The notes under the pieces were generated by a model that made no database searches, was not told where the DNA came from, and saw only the letters and a program-made list of their open reading frames with translations. Of a stretch of DNA of 64,000 bases, positions 40,913-51,900 are shown one piece after another. Position numbers and translations under genes: made by a program. Numbering within the stretch: the first letter of the stretch is position 1; every line of letters starts with the position of its first letter. The stretch lies in assembly GCA_008933835.1 (NCBI GenBank), contig WBUG01000001.1:56423-120422 (forward strand), given 5' to 3'. This stretch comes from Bacteroidota bacterium (GTDB lineage: Bacteria; Bacteroidota; Ignavibacteria; UBA10030; UBA8401).

Positions 40913-42715
40913 ATGAAGAACACGACGATGTTCTCGCGATTGGGAGCGATGATGATCATCGCCCTCCTGATCTCCTCCGTGCAGTACGGCGTCGCCGCGG
41001 GTACCACCGCCGGTACCGCCATCACGAACTCCGCCACCGTGTCCTACATGGACGGCGTGAACCTGAAGAACAAGACCTCCAACACCGTGACGATGTACGT
41101 GGGGCACAAGGTGGCGGGCGCGTTCTCCCCGGCCTCCGGCTCGACGAACACCTACGACAACGTCACGTACTACCATGCCATCAACTTCCAGAACAGCTCC
41201 AACCGGCTGACGAAGTACACCATGTCGTTCAACTCGGTGGCGGGCTACACGTTGTCCCTCATCCAAGATGACAACCAGGACGGTATCCACCAGTCCGGCG
41301 AGACGACGGTCGTGACGACCGACTCGCTCGTCATCGATGGGTCGAAGTACTACTTCATCAAGGCGGTCGTCGGCACCATCGCGAACGGCACGGCGAACGG
41401 CATCACCGTCACCTTCACCAACGCTTCCGGAGACAGCACGAACACCGTGGTGGTCAACCCGGCCGCATCGTTCAGCTACACGCTCACCTCCACCATCGTG
41501 AAGCCGGTCATCAGCTACCAGGTGAGCGGAACGGCTCCGTCGCCCCTCATCCCGGGCGCGCCGTTCGACTTCACCGTCACGCTGGACAACACCGGTACGG
41601 CGACCCCGTACAGCTATGATCTCGGTGCCTCGGATTCCTCGGTGGTTCAGATCCAGTATACAGTCCCCTCGAACTTCGAGTTCACGGGCGGTGCGTCGGG
41701 CGCCTTCACACTGAGCCCCTCCGGTTATGTGTCGTACACGTACTCGGGTGGAGTCATCACGATGCTGGTCGACACGTCGTACCTCGAACCGGCTGATGCC
41801 TCCATCAGCTTCACGCTGCCGATCCGGATCGACCAGTCCCTGAACAGCGGCACTGGTCCGGCCTCGGGTTCCTCTATTAATAGTCAGGCCGGCGACTTCT
41901 CGGTGCTGACCTACAGCAGTCCGCAGACCCAGCTCACCACCACCGCTTCCACGTCGGGAACCATCTTCACCGGCGCGACCACCGTGGCGGCGTCGAAGGG
42001 CGGCATGTGGTCCGTGACCCCGGCGAACGACAGCACGGCGGCGAACGAGACCACCGAGTACATCCTGACCCTGAAGAACATGGGGAACACCAGCGCGACC
42101 TTCACCATCACCGACACCGACAACGGCGGTAACGTGGTCGTGAACCACCTGGTGGCCGAGAGCTCGTACGGAACGGACCTGACCGGAAGCACGGCTTCTG
42201 TTGCGGCCGGTTCCACCATCCAGATCTACGTCCGTCTGACGGTCCCCGGCACCGCGGTGGCGCAGGACTCCATCAAGCGCAAGCTCGCCGTCGCCTCCGA
42301 CGCGGCCGGCACGCTGTACACCGGCGCGGTCGTCTCCGACTATGAGCACACCATCGTGACCTACGTCGTCGCGGCCTCGTTCAACATCACCCTGGCGGCG
42401 GAAAGCGTCGCAGGCATCGGCACCACCACGAATCCGGCTCCGGAAGACACGGTGACCTTCGCCCTCACGCTGCAAAACACCGGCACCACCAACATCACCA
42501 GCGTGCAGATCTCGAACCTCATCCCGGCCAACATGACGTTCCTGGCGAACGCGTATGCCGCCGGTCAGGGCATCCGGATCGACGCGGTGAACCAATCGAA
42601 CGCGAACGACGGCGACGACGCCTACTTCGACGGTTCGGCGGTGAAGACGAACAGCACCTTCAGCATCAACGCGGGCGTGACCAAGGTCCTCCGCTACAAG
42701 TGCACGGTGAACTGA
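40913..42715 (+). CDS. Secreted DUF11 Ig-like protein A, candidate major pilin
   Basis: Strong RBS AAAGGAG and signal peptide; N-terminal AGTTAGTAITNSATVSY; Ca-loop DDNQDGIHQSGE; ends in a truncated DUF11 (..LRYKCTVN*). Confidence 0.8.
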   Translation: MKNTTMFSRLGAMMIIALLISSVQYGVAAGTTAGTAITNSATVSYMDGVNLKNKTSNTVTMYVGHKVAGAFSPASGSTNTYDNVTYYHAINFQNSSNRLTKYTMSFNSVAGYTLSLIQDDNQDGIHQSGETTVVTTDSLVIDGSKYYFIKAVVGTIANGTANGITVTFTNASGDSTNTVVVNPAASFSYTLTSTIVKPVISYQVSGTAPSPLIPGAPFDFTVTLDNTGTATPYSYDLGASDSSVVQIQYTVPSNFEFTGGASGAFTLSPSGYVSYTYSGGVITMLVDTSYLEPADASISFTLPIRIDQSLNSGTGPASGSSINSQAGDFSVLTYSSPQTQLTTTASTSGTIFTGATTVAASKGGMWSVTPANDSTAANETTEYILTLKNMGNTSATFTITDTDNGGNVVVNHLVAESSYGTDLTGSTASVAAGSTIQIYVRLTVPGTAVAQDSIKRKLAVASDAAGTLYTGAVVSDYEHTIVTYVVAASFNITLAAESVAGIGTTTNPAPEDTVTFALTLQNTGTTNITSVQISNLIPANMTFLANAYAAGQGIRIDAVNQSNANDGDDAYFDGSAVKTNSTFSINAGVTKVLRYKCTVN

Positions 42716-42725
42716 CCGTCACTCA

Positions 42726-42756
42726 GGACTGGCCGGGAGTGATACCCGGTCAGCCC
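42726..42756 (+). terminator. Intercistronic hairpin after gene A (weak terminator or mRNA stabiliser)
   Basis: GGACTGGCCGGG-agtgata-CCCGGTCAGCCC with no real U-tract. Confidence 0.5.
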
Positions 42757-42776
42757 TCTATTATAGACACGACACT

Positions 42777-45700
42777 TTGAACACCATCAACAAATACGGT
42801 CTGGCGCTCCTCGGATGGATGCTGCTGCTCGCGACGACGGTCGACGCGCAGGCGATCATCAATGAGCCGAAGGAGGGGGCGAAATCCCACTTCACCAGCC
42901 AGTTCGTCGCCGGCACCGGACCGACCAACGTCCCCGTGAAGCTGCTCGTCAACGGCACGGCGGTCGATTCCGGTTCGGTCCGTTCCGACGGTGTGTTCGA
43001 GTTCATCGGCGTCACGGTCCCGCGCGGTCCGGTCACCTTCACCGTGGTCATGAAGATGCCCGGCGGCCGGCTCGTGAGCACGGTCCGCCGCATCCACATT
43101 TATGACGTGCCGGATTCCATCGCGTTCGAACTGCCGGAGAAGGACCTTCGTGCCGACGGCCGGTCGCAGCTCACCGCGAACGTGCAGCTGCTGGACAAGT
43201 GGGGCGTACGCATCGAGGACGGATACTTCCTCACCGTGGAAGCGGACAGCCTCTCGCTCGGCATGAAGGACCTCGATCCCGCCACGCCGGGCGTTCAGGC
43301 CCGTCTTGCAGGCGGTACCGTGGCGGTTCCGGTCGTTGCACCGAAGAACGCCGGTTCCTATTCCGTGAAAGTGACGGCCTCCGGCGTCGAACGGCGCTTC
43401 CACACCCAGTTCAACACCCCCATCGAGCCCCTGATGCTCGTCGGTTCGGCCGATGTGAGCGGGCGCTACCTTTCGACCTCCGGCGACCTGTCACAGCTGA
43501 AGAGCCGATCGCTGCTCGAGGACGGTTTCCACAGCGACGGCCGCCTGGCCCTCTACGGCCGCGGTACGGTCTGGGGCGATTACCTCCTCACCGCCTCGTT
43601 CGACAACACCCGCCGCCGCGACCGGCTGTTCCAGGAGGTCGATCCCGACGTTCTCTACGGCATCTACGGCGACAACAGCTCGGTGGACTACACCGCGCAG
43701 ACGAACAATCCGTTCTTCGTGAAGCTCGAACGGAACCGTTCCTATGCGCTGTTCGGCGACTTCAACACCTCGATGAACCTCAACGAACTGGCGCGGTACG
43801 ACCGCACCTTCAACGGCGCGAAGGCGCATTACGAAGGGGCCACGGAGAACGCCGATGTCTTCGTCACGTTGACGGACCGCAAGGTGTCGGTGGACGAGAT
43901 CCGCGGACAGGGCATCTCCGGATACTACTTCCTCGGCCGCAGCGACGTGGTGACGGGAACGGAGAAGGTCCGCATCGAAGTGCGCGACAAGCGGCACAGC
44001 CAGATCATCCTCTCCCGCGCGGAGAAGTCCCGCTTCAGCGACTATGAGATCGATTATGAACAGGGGACCCTCTTCTTCAAGCAGCCGGTTCCGAGCGTCG
44101 ACAGCGACGGCAACCCGGTCTTCATCATCGTCACCTACGAGGCGGTCTCTTCCAATGTGGCGGACTACTCGTACGTGCTCGGCGCCCAGGGCGAGAAGGA
44201 GATCGTCTCGGGTCTGCGCATCGGCGGTACGGCGGTTCTGGACAAGTCCAACAACGACTTCACGCTCCTCGGCGGGCATGCCAAATACGCTCCGTCGACG
44301 CGATTCGGCCTCGGCGCTGAGTTCGCCCGCGGTTACGACGACCTGAACGCCGGCGGCAACGCCTGGAAGGTGGACCTGTCCGGCGAACCGGTGGAGCGTC
44401 TGCTGCTGACCTCCTACGTCCGGAAGGTCGAATCGGGCTTCATGAACCAGACGATGGGCGCGGGCGGACTGTCGGGCGAGTCGGGTTCCACCAAGTACGG
44501 CGTCGGCGGTTCGTACGACGGCATCGCCGATACGAAGCTCGCCGCCGAGTTCTACCATCAGCTGCAGCCGGTCAACGGCACGACCGCCGAGATCACGTCG
44601 GTGAAGGGGACCGCTGACCGTTCCTTCGGCAGCGTCGCCACCATCGGTGCCCGCGTGGAGAACGTGTCGTACGAGAGCGCATTGGACACGGCGGCGAAGC
44701 GTTCCACCCTCGTGGCGCTCCGCGGCACGCTGCGCCCGGCCGACCGCCTGAACATCATCACCGAGTACGAACACAGTTTCAGCTCCTCCGCGGGCGAGCA
44801 GGTGAAGCCCTCCTCCGCGACCATCGGCGCCGAGTACCGGGTCTTCAATCCCGTGCTGCTCTCCTACAACCAGAAGTTCTACGGCAACGGCGGCAGCTCT
44901 TCCGTCTTCGGCGTCAACACCGAGCTGGGCTATGGGACGACGGCGATGGGCCGGTATCAGATCGGCAACGCCATCAGCGGTCAGAGGAACCAGTACAGCA
45001 TCGGTCTGAAGAACACCCTGAAGCTGACCGACGAGCTCACTTCGAACGTGCTGGTGGAGCGGACCCGGGCGCTCGACCGGAACATCGTCGAGGCGCAGAC
45101 GCCGGACAACGACGCGGTGTCGCTCGGACTCGAGTACCTTCCGAAGGCCGCCTATAAGGCTTCGGTGAAGGGTGAGATCGGAAAGAACCGCCAGGCGCTG
45201 CGCCGTTCGTTCACCTTCGGCGGGGACCTGCGCATCGCGAACGACTTTACATTAATCGACAAATTCACGTATTATGATGAGGCCCGCGAAGTGCCGCAGA
45301 GCACCGCGGCGACCTTCGCCGACGGCACGCTGTCGCCGGAACAGATCGGAACGGGTCTTGCGAACGGGACGATGAAGAAGTTGCACAACGCTCTCGGCCT
45401 GGCGTACCGTCCGGTGGACGTCGACTGGCTGAACGCCATCGGCAAGTACGAGAAGAAGGTGGAGTACAACGGCATGGTGCAGCCGCAGTCGTCCTACAAT
45501 ACGGACATCGTGTCGCTGCATACGTTCATCGAGCCGGTCATCGGTCTTGAGATCGGCACGAAGTACGCCCTGAAGATGTCGTCGGAAGAGGCGTACGGAC
45601 TGACCGCCGCCACGGTGGCCGATTTTTACCTGGTCCGCGCCGAGTACGACCTGCGCTGGAACAATTTCGATGTCGCGGCCGAATTCCGCGTCCTCTCCAG

Positions 45701-45917
45701 CCGCATCGAGGGGCAGGCAGGTTCCGGCAGTGCGCGGAGCGGGTACAGCGCCGAGCTCGGGTACGTGGCGTTCCAGAACGTCCATGTCGGGGTCGGCTAC
45801 AACTTCGTCGGCACCGAGGACCGCGACCTGGTCGGCCGCGAGTACTGGTCCGCCGGCCCGTACGTCACCTTCCGGATGAAGTTCACCGAAAAGGTGCTGG
45901 AGTATTTCAACAAGTGA
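42777..45917 (+). CDS. Large outer-membrane beta-barrel protein with N-terminal Ig-like domains, candidate usher/secretion pore
   Basis: TTG start, signal peptide, about 210 aa of Ig-like domains, then many amphipathic strands ending VGVGYNFVG..GPYVTFRMKF. Confidence 0.75.
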   Translation: MNTINKYGLALLGWMLLLATTVDAQAIINEPKEGAKSHFTSQFVAGTGPTNVPVKLLVNGTAVDSGSVRSDGVFEFIGVTVPRGPVTFTVVMKMPGGRLVSTVRRIHIYDVPDSIAFELPEKDLRADGRSQLTANVQLLDKWGVRIEDGYFLTVEADSLSLGMKDLDPATPGVQARLAGGTVAVPVVAPKNAGSYSVKVTASGVERRFHTQFNTPIEPLMLVGSADVSGRYLSTSGDLSQLKSRSLLEDGFHSDGRLALYGRGTVWGDYLLTASFDNTRRRDRLFQEVDPDVLYGIYGDNSSVDYTAQTNNPFFVKLERNRSYALFGDFNTSMNLNELARYDRTFNGAKAHYEGATENADVFVTLTDRKVSVDEIRGQGISGYYFLGRSDVVTGTEKVRIEVRDKRHSQIILSRAEKSRFSDYEIDYEQGTLFFKQPVPSVDSDGNPVFIIVTYEAVSSNVADYSYVLGAQGEKEIVSGLRIGGTAVLDKSNNDFTLLGGHAKYAPSTRFGLGAEFARGYDDLNAGGNAWKVDLSGEPVERLLLTSYVRKVESGFMNQTMGAGGLSGESGSTKYGVGGSYDGIADTKLAAEFYHQLQPVNGTTAEITSVKGTADRSFGSVATIGARVENVSYESALDTAAKRSTLVALRGTLRPADRLNIITEYEHSFSSSAGEQVKPSSATIGAEYRVFNPVLLSYNQKFYGNGGSSSVFGVNTELGYGTTAMGRYQIGNAISGQRNQYSIGLKNTLKLTDELTSNVLVERTRALDRNIVEAQTPDNDAVSLGLEYLPKAAYKASVKGEIGKNRQALRRSFTFGGDLRIANDFTLIDKFTYYDEAREVPQSTAATFADGTLSPEQIGTGLANGTMKKLHNALGLAYRPVDVDWLNAIGKYEKKVEYNGMVQPQSSYNTDIVSLHTFIEPVIGLEIGTKYALKMSSEEAYGLTAATVADFYLVRAEYDLRWNNFDVAAEFRVLSSRIEGQAGSGSARSGYSAELGYVAFQNVHVGVGYNFVGTEDRDLVGREYWSAGPYVTFRMKFTEKVLEYFNK

Positions 45918-45939
45918 TGAACAGCGACCGAACGAACCC

Positions 45940-48900
45940 ATGAAGAGCACACGCCATCATATCGTACGGAGAACGGCCATCGCCGCAATGACGGTCCTGA
46001 CCGTCGTTCTGCCGTCGCTGCTTCGGGCCCAGACGCTCGCCAATTACTCCGTGAGCCGCACCACCGGCATCTCGTACATCGGCATCAATTCCACCGGGAA
46101 CTCGTTCCCGTCCTGGCGGAACAGCACGGACGGGAACTACAACGAGGACGATAACCGGAGCTATCCGGTCGACATCGGTTTCGATTTCTGGTACAACGGC
46201 GTGCGGTACACGCAGTTCTCCGTCTCCACGAACGGGTTCATGGACCTTTCCCCCTCAACGGACGACGGCGGTCCGCTGGTGCATGCGTACGGACCGTACG
46301 ACGACGACATGAGCGAGGACAACACGTCGGAGAACACCACGCTCGCCATCGCCCCGTTCTATTACGATCTGACGACGTACGGTGTGGTCGATCCGCTCGG
46401 CGAAAGCATCCATTACGAAGTCTCCGGAACGGTCGGGAACCGTGTGCTGACCGTGGAGTGGTACCGCATGGAGCCGTGGGTGAACGGGGGCGGGGGAGAC
46501 CCGGACTTCACGTTCCAGGTGAAGCTGTACGAATCGACCGGACAGATCGAGTTCGTGTACGGAGCGATGAACCTGAACGGGTTCGTCTTCGCCAATCAGG
46601 TGTACCAGGTGGCGAAAGGATACACGGCCGGCATGAACTCGGGGACCATCAGCGCTTCTCCGACGGCGGCGCAGCTCTTCCTGCAGCAGACACCGAACAG
46701 CACCACGTTCAGCAATGCGAACGCGTTCGGAAACGAAGCCGACGCCGCGCACAACCTCGGGACGGCACCGGCGTCGAACTCCAAGATCACCATCGCTCCG
46801 CCGGCCATGACGGCTCCGACCACGCTGACCTTCACCGCGGTCTCGCAGACCGGCATGACCCTGAACTGGACCGATGCCTCCGCGAACGAGGTCGGTTTCG
46901 TCATCTACCGCTCCGATGACGGCGGTGCAACGTACAACTTCATCACCCAGACCGCTGCCAACGCCACGTCGTATGCGGTCACAGGACTCCTGGCCGGCAC
47001 CACGTACTATTACCGTGTGTACGCGGTCAATGAAGGACGTCTGAGTTCCGCGCTCTCCGGGAACCAGGCCACGGCGGCCCCCGGGTCGCCGGTCACGATC
47101 GCCTCGGGCTCCTGGAAGAACAAGAACATCTGGTCCACCAACACCGTCCCGGGCATTTCGGACAACGCCACCATCGCCGACGGGCATGTGGTCACCATCG
47201 ACTCCCTGGTGACGGTGAACAGCATCACGGTCGGCCAGGGGACGAGCGGAACCCTGCTCATCGGCGATAATGCCACTCCGCGCACCATCACCGTCATCGG
47301 CAACATCGACGTGAAGGCGGGAGGCATCTTCCGCGTGAACGCCAACTCGAACACGTCGTCCCACTCCATCACGACGTCGGGGAACATCCTGAACGCCGGC
47401 CGGTTCGTCATGGCGACGGACGCCGACAGCCGCTGCGCCGTGACGTTCAACAAGAGCGGCACGCAGACCATCAGCGGCAACGGCGACTCGACGATGTTCC
47501 ACACCATCACCCTGAACATGGGGAGTTCCCGCACGAACGTGCTGGACGTCTTCGCCACGAACTTCAGAGCGTACGCGACCGGATTCCTGACCATCACCAA
47601 TGGAACGTTCAATCTCGCCACCGGCGCCACCGTCACGCCGTTCACGACCTCCGTCAGCGTCCCCCTCTCCGGCGGTATCCGAGTGAACCACGCCTCGGCG
47701 GTCCTGAACACGACGGGCGGGAGCACCACGGTGCTCGGCGAGTTCAAGGTGCAGGCCGGCACGGTCAACATCGGCAGCGCCGCCGATAACAACCTCATCT
47801 CGCGCGGCGGTATCTTCGAGTTCTCCGGCGGCACCACGACCGTGGCGGGACGGTTCGAACCGTTCTCGGCGTTCGACATCACCGATTTCACCATGTCCGG
47901 CGGTACGCTCATCGTGGGGGGGACCGGCAGCACGTCCACCACCTCGTCGCCGTTCACGATGTCGGTCGCCGGTTCCCGCTTCACCATGAGCGGCGGTACC
48001 ATCGTCGTCCGGCGGGAAGGGGGCGGCGGCGGGAACGACCTCGGCTTCGTCAACACCGGATACAGCAACTACAGCGTCACGGGCGGTACCGTGCAGATCG
48101 GCGACGGCTCGACACCGTCCGGACAGACGATGTCCGTGAACACCGCCATCCCGGTCTACAATTTCGTCGTCAACAGCGGAAACGCCACCGCATTGCTGGT
48201 CACGAACAATCTCACGGTCCTCAACGATGTCTCGATCACGCTGGGTACCTTGAACGCCAACGGCCGTGACATCGCGGTCGCGGGGAACTGGTCGAACAGC
48301 AACCAAACGTTCACGCCGGGTACAGGCACGGTGACGTTCAATGGGACCGGCGCGCAGAACGTCTCCCGCGCATTGGGCGAAACGTTCTACCGGTGGTCCA
48401 TCGTGAAGACGTCGGGCACCGTGAGCCTGGTGAATCCTGTCACCGTTTCCGATGCGTTTCAGTTGACATCCGGCACTCTTGCGGTCGGCACATCCTCCCT
48501 CACGCTCAACGGTACTGTCACGGGAGGCGGTACGCTCACATCCTCCGCGTCCGGAACCGTTTCCTATAACCGCAGTGCGAACTCTCAGACGGTGCTCGAG
48601 GCGAACTACGGTGATCTCAACTTTTCAAACTTCCTGAAGGACCTGCCGGCGGCGGTCATCGGGATCGCGGGCGCCTTTAATCCCGGAAATGCGAGCGGTC
48701 ATACGGTCACCGGGAACACCATCGAATACAACGGCACGGGACCGCAGAGCATCGCATCGTTCCAGTACAACGATCTTACCCTGACGAACAACAGCACGAA
48801 GACGGTGCAGTCCGGAGCGGACACGGTGCTCGGCTCGCTCACCATCAACACCAATGCGGCGCTCGTCAACAACGGCGTCACGCTGCGGGTGATGGGGAAC

Positions 48901-51900
48901 ATCGTCCACAACGGTTCGCATTCCGGGACCGGTTCGCTCGTGCTGAACGGTTCATCGTCGCAGACCATCAGCGGCACAGGAACGTTCCAGAACCTGACCG
49001 TCAATAACGCCTCCGGCGCCGTCATCGTCGGCGATAAGACGGTGAACGGGACCCTTACGTTCACGAACGGCGTCATCACGACCAACTCCGACACGCTGTA
49101 CATCGCTTCCGGCGGCTCCGTCGTCAAGACGGCGGGACATGTCTTCGGCTGGCTGAAGAAGTACGTTCCGAACACCGACGGCATCACAGTGACCTATGAG
49201 GTCGGGGATGCTGCCGTGGCGGATTCCACGCCGGTGACGTTCACCTTTACGGATATGACGTCGGCGGGGAATCTGGCCGTCACGACGGTCAACGAGGACC
49301 ATCCGGACGTTTCTTCTTCGTACATCGACCAGACGGCGAATGTGAACCGGTACTGGAGGAGCATCCCTTCCGACGGATTCGCCTACACCATCGGAACCGG
49401 GTATTCCATCACTGCACGGTTCCGGAATCCGGACGACCTCGACGCCACCGGCAATGAGACGACGTACCGGATGAACCTCTACAACGGTATCCGATGGGAT
49501 TCTACGACCGCCGGTACACGGACGACGACGACCAACCAGGCGACCGGCGTCGATTCCCTCGGGGTGTATGTCGTCGGTATCCAGGTCACCAGCGGTGCGT
49601 ACCGGTCCGCCGCGACCGGCAATTGGAACGTGCTCGCGACGTGGGAGCGGTTCAATGGTGTGACGTGGGCGACACCGACCATCGGTCAGGGTACGCCGGA
49701 CTTCAACGACGGACTCATCACCATCCGGAACGGTCATACCGTGACCGTGACGGCCGCGGTGACCATCGACCAGACCGTCATCGAGTCCGGAGGACAGGTC
49801 ACCATCAATGGCGGAAACCTGACCCTCAACACCGTCAACAATGCTTTGGTCGTGAATGGAACTCTCCGGTGGCAGGCGAACACGTTCTCCGGTTGGACGG
49901 CGGCCCGTTTGAAGTTCAACGCGGGGAGCGTGTATCAGCATGCGATGACCAATGCGGACCAAACGACCGTGCCGACCGCGACCTGGGCTGCGTCGTCCAC
50001 CTGCGAGATCCGTGGTACGACCGGCGGCGACAATAACACTTTCCGGAACACGCTGATTCAGACGTTCGGCAATTTCACATGGGCACCGAGCAGCATGTCG
50101 GCTTCGGTGGTCTTCAATGGCCTGTTGACGAATGTGGCCGGTAATCTCCGGATCGCCAGTCCGAACAACAATGTTCTTGCCCTGTACAACACACAAACCG
50201 GGACGACGAATATCGGCGGCAGCCTCATCGTAGAAAGCGGATATCTGCGCATCAAGGATGGCGGTGGAACTGCCGTCGTCAACGTCGCCGGGAACGACAG
50301 TCTTGTCGCGGGTACGCTCCAATTGTCCGATAATGGTGCGATCTATCTTCGAACGGCCGGAGGACTGTATGTGCATGGTGGCACGTTGGACCTGGCGGCG
50401 GCAGGCGTGACCGATTCCCTCACGATCAAGGGGGACCTCGTCCTTGCCGGCGGAACGGTGACCGAGACGAGCACCGGAAGCGGGGTCATCGCCCTTCAAG
50501 GGACCGCGGTCCAGAGCTATACCGACGGTGCGACGATCTCCAACAACATCAATTTTGTCGTCTTCAGCAATGCCATTGCCGATCTCGGGACCGGCGTCGT
50601 GGGCGGTCAATCGTTCACGGCGGCAGCCGGCTCTACCTTGCGATTGGGGAACACAGCCGGAATCACATCAGCCGGAGCGACCGGGAACGTTCAAACGACG
50701 ACGAGGACCTTCTCCACGACCGCGAACTATGTGTACAACGGCGGAGCGGCGCAGGCGACCGGCAACGGACTTCCGGCGACCGTCAACAAGCTCGAGATCG
50801 ACAATGCCGGCGGAGTGACCCTGACAACCAGCGTCAGCGTCACCGATTCGTTGAAGTTGACCAATGGGAACCTTGCCATCGGTTCGAACACGCTCACCAT
50901 CACGAACGTCGCCTCGCTCACGAGCGGTACGTTGTCGAGCGGAGCGACCGGTACGGTCATCTATAATAGAGCATCGAACGGACAGGCAGTGTTGCCGATG
51001 CCGTACGGCAATCTGACGTTCAGCAATTTGAACAAGATCCTCCCGTCCGGAACGGTCTCCATCGCCGGGACGTTCACCCCCGGTTCTGCCACCGGACACA
51101 CGACCACCGGGAACACCATCGAGTACAACGGCAGCACACCGCAGAACCTCGCCGCGTGGGCGTATTACAATAACCTCACCGTCAGCGGCACCAATTGGAA
51201 GAAGCTCACCGGAAACACGACGGTGAACGGGAATCTGAGCGTTTCGAACGGCACGCTCAGTGACAGCATCTACACGCTCACCGTGAAGGGGAACATCGCC
51301 AACACGTCGCTCATCACCGGCACCAATTACCTCGGGAAGACGGTCCTCACGTCCGGAGCGTCGGCTCATGCGCTCAGCGGGAACGGCCGGTATTGGATCC
51401 TGGAACTGAATGACGTGAACGGTGCGACCGCATCGGCGGACATCACCATCGACAGCATCCTGGTGCTGACCTCCGGCGTGCTCACGGCCAGTTCCAATAC
51501 GGTCATCTGCTCGGCACTGCCCGGCGTGTATCGTCCGGTGACGGGCGGACACGTCAATGGCCGTATCCGCAAGACCGTCAGCGCGAGCCCCGTGCCGCAG
51601 AACTATACCTTCGAAGTCGGTGATGCGGCGGCCTACACTCCAGTTGACATGACGTTCCAGTCCGTGAGCGTCGCCGGTACCGTCACCGCATATCAGACCA
51701 CGGGCGACCATCCGCTCCTGAAATGGTCCGGTCTCGACCAGACGAAGAGCGTGAACCGGTACTACACCCTCAGCGGGTCCGGACTGACCTTCACGACGTA
51801 CGATGCCACGTTCAACTTCGTTTCGGGTGACATCGACGGTGGGGCGAACACGGCGTACTTCTTCGTGAAACGGTACAACGCCCCTTCCTGGTATCCGTCC

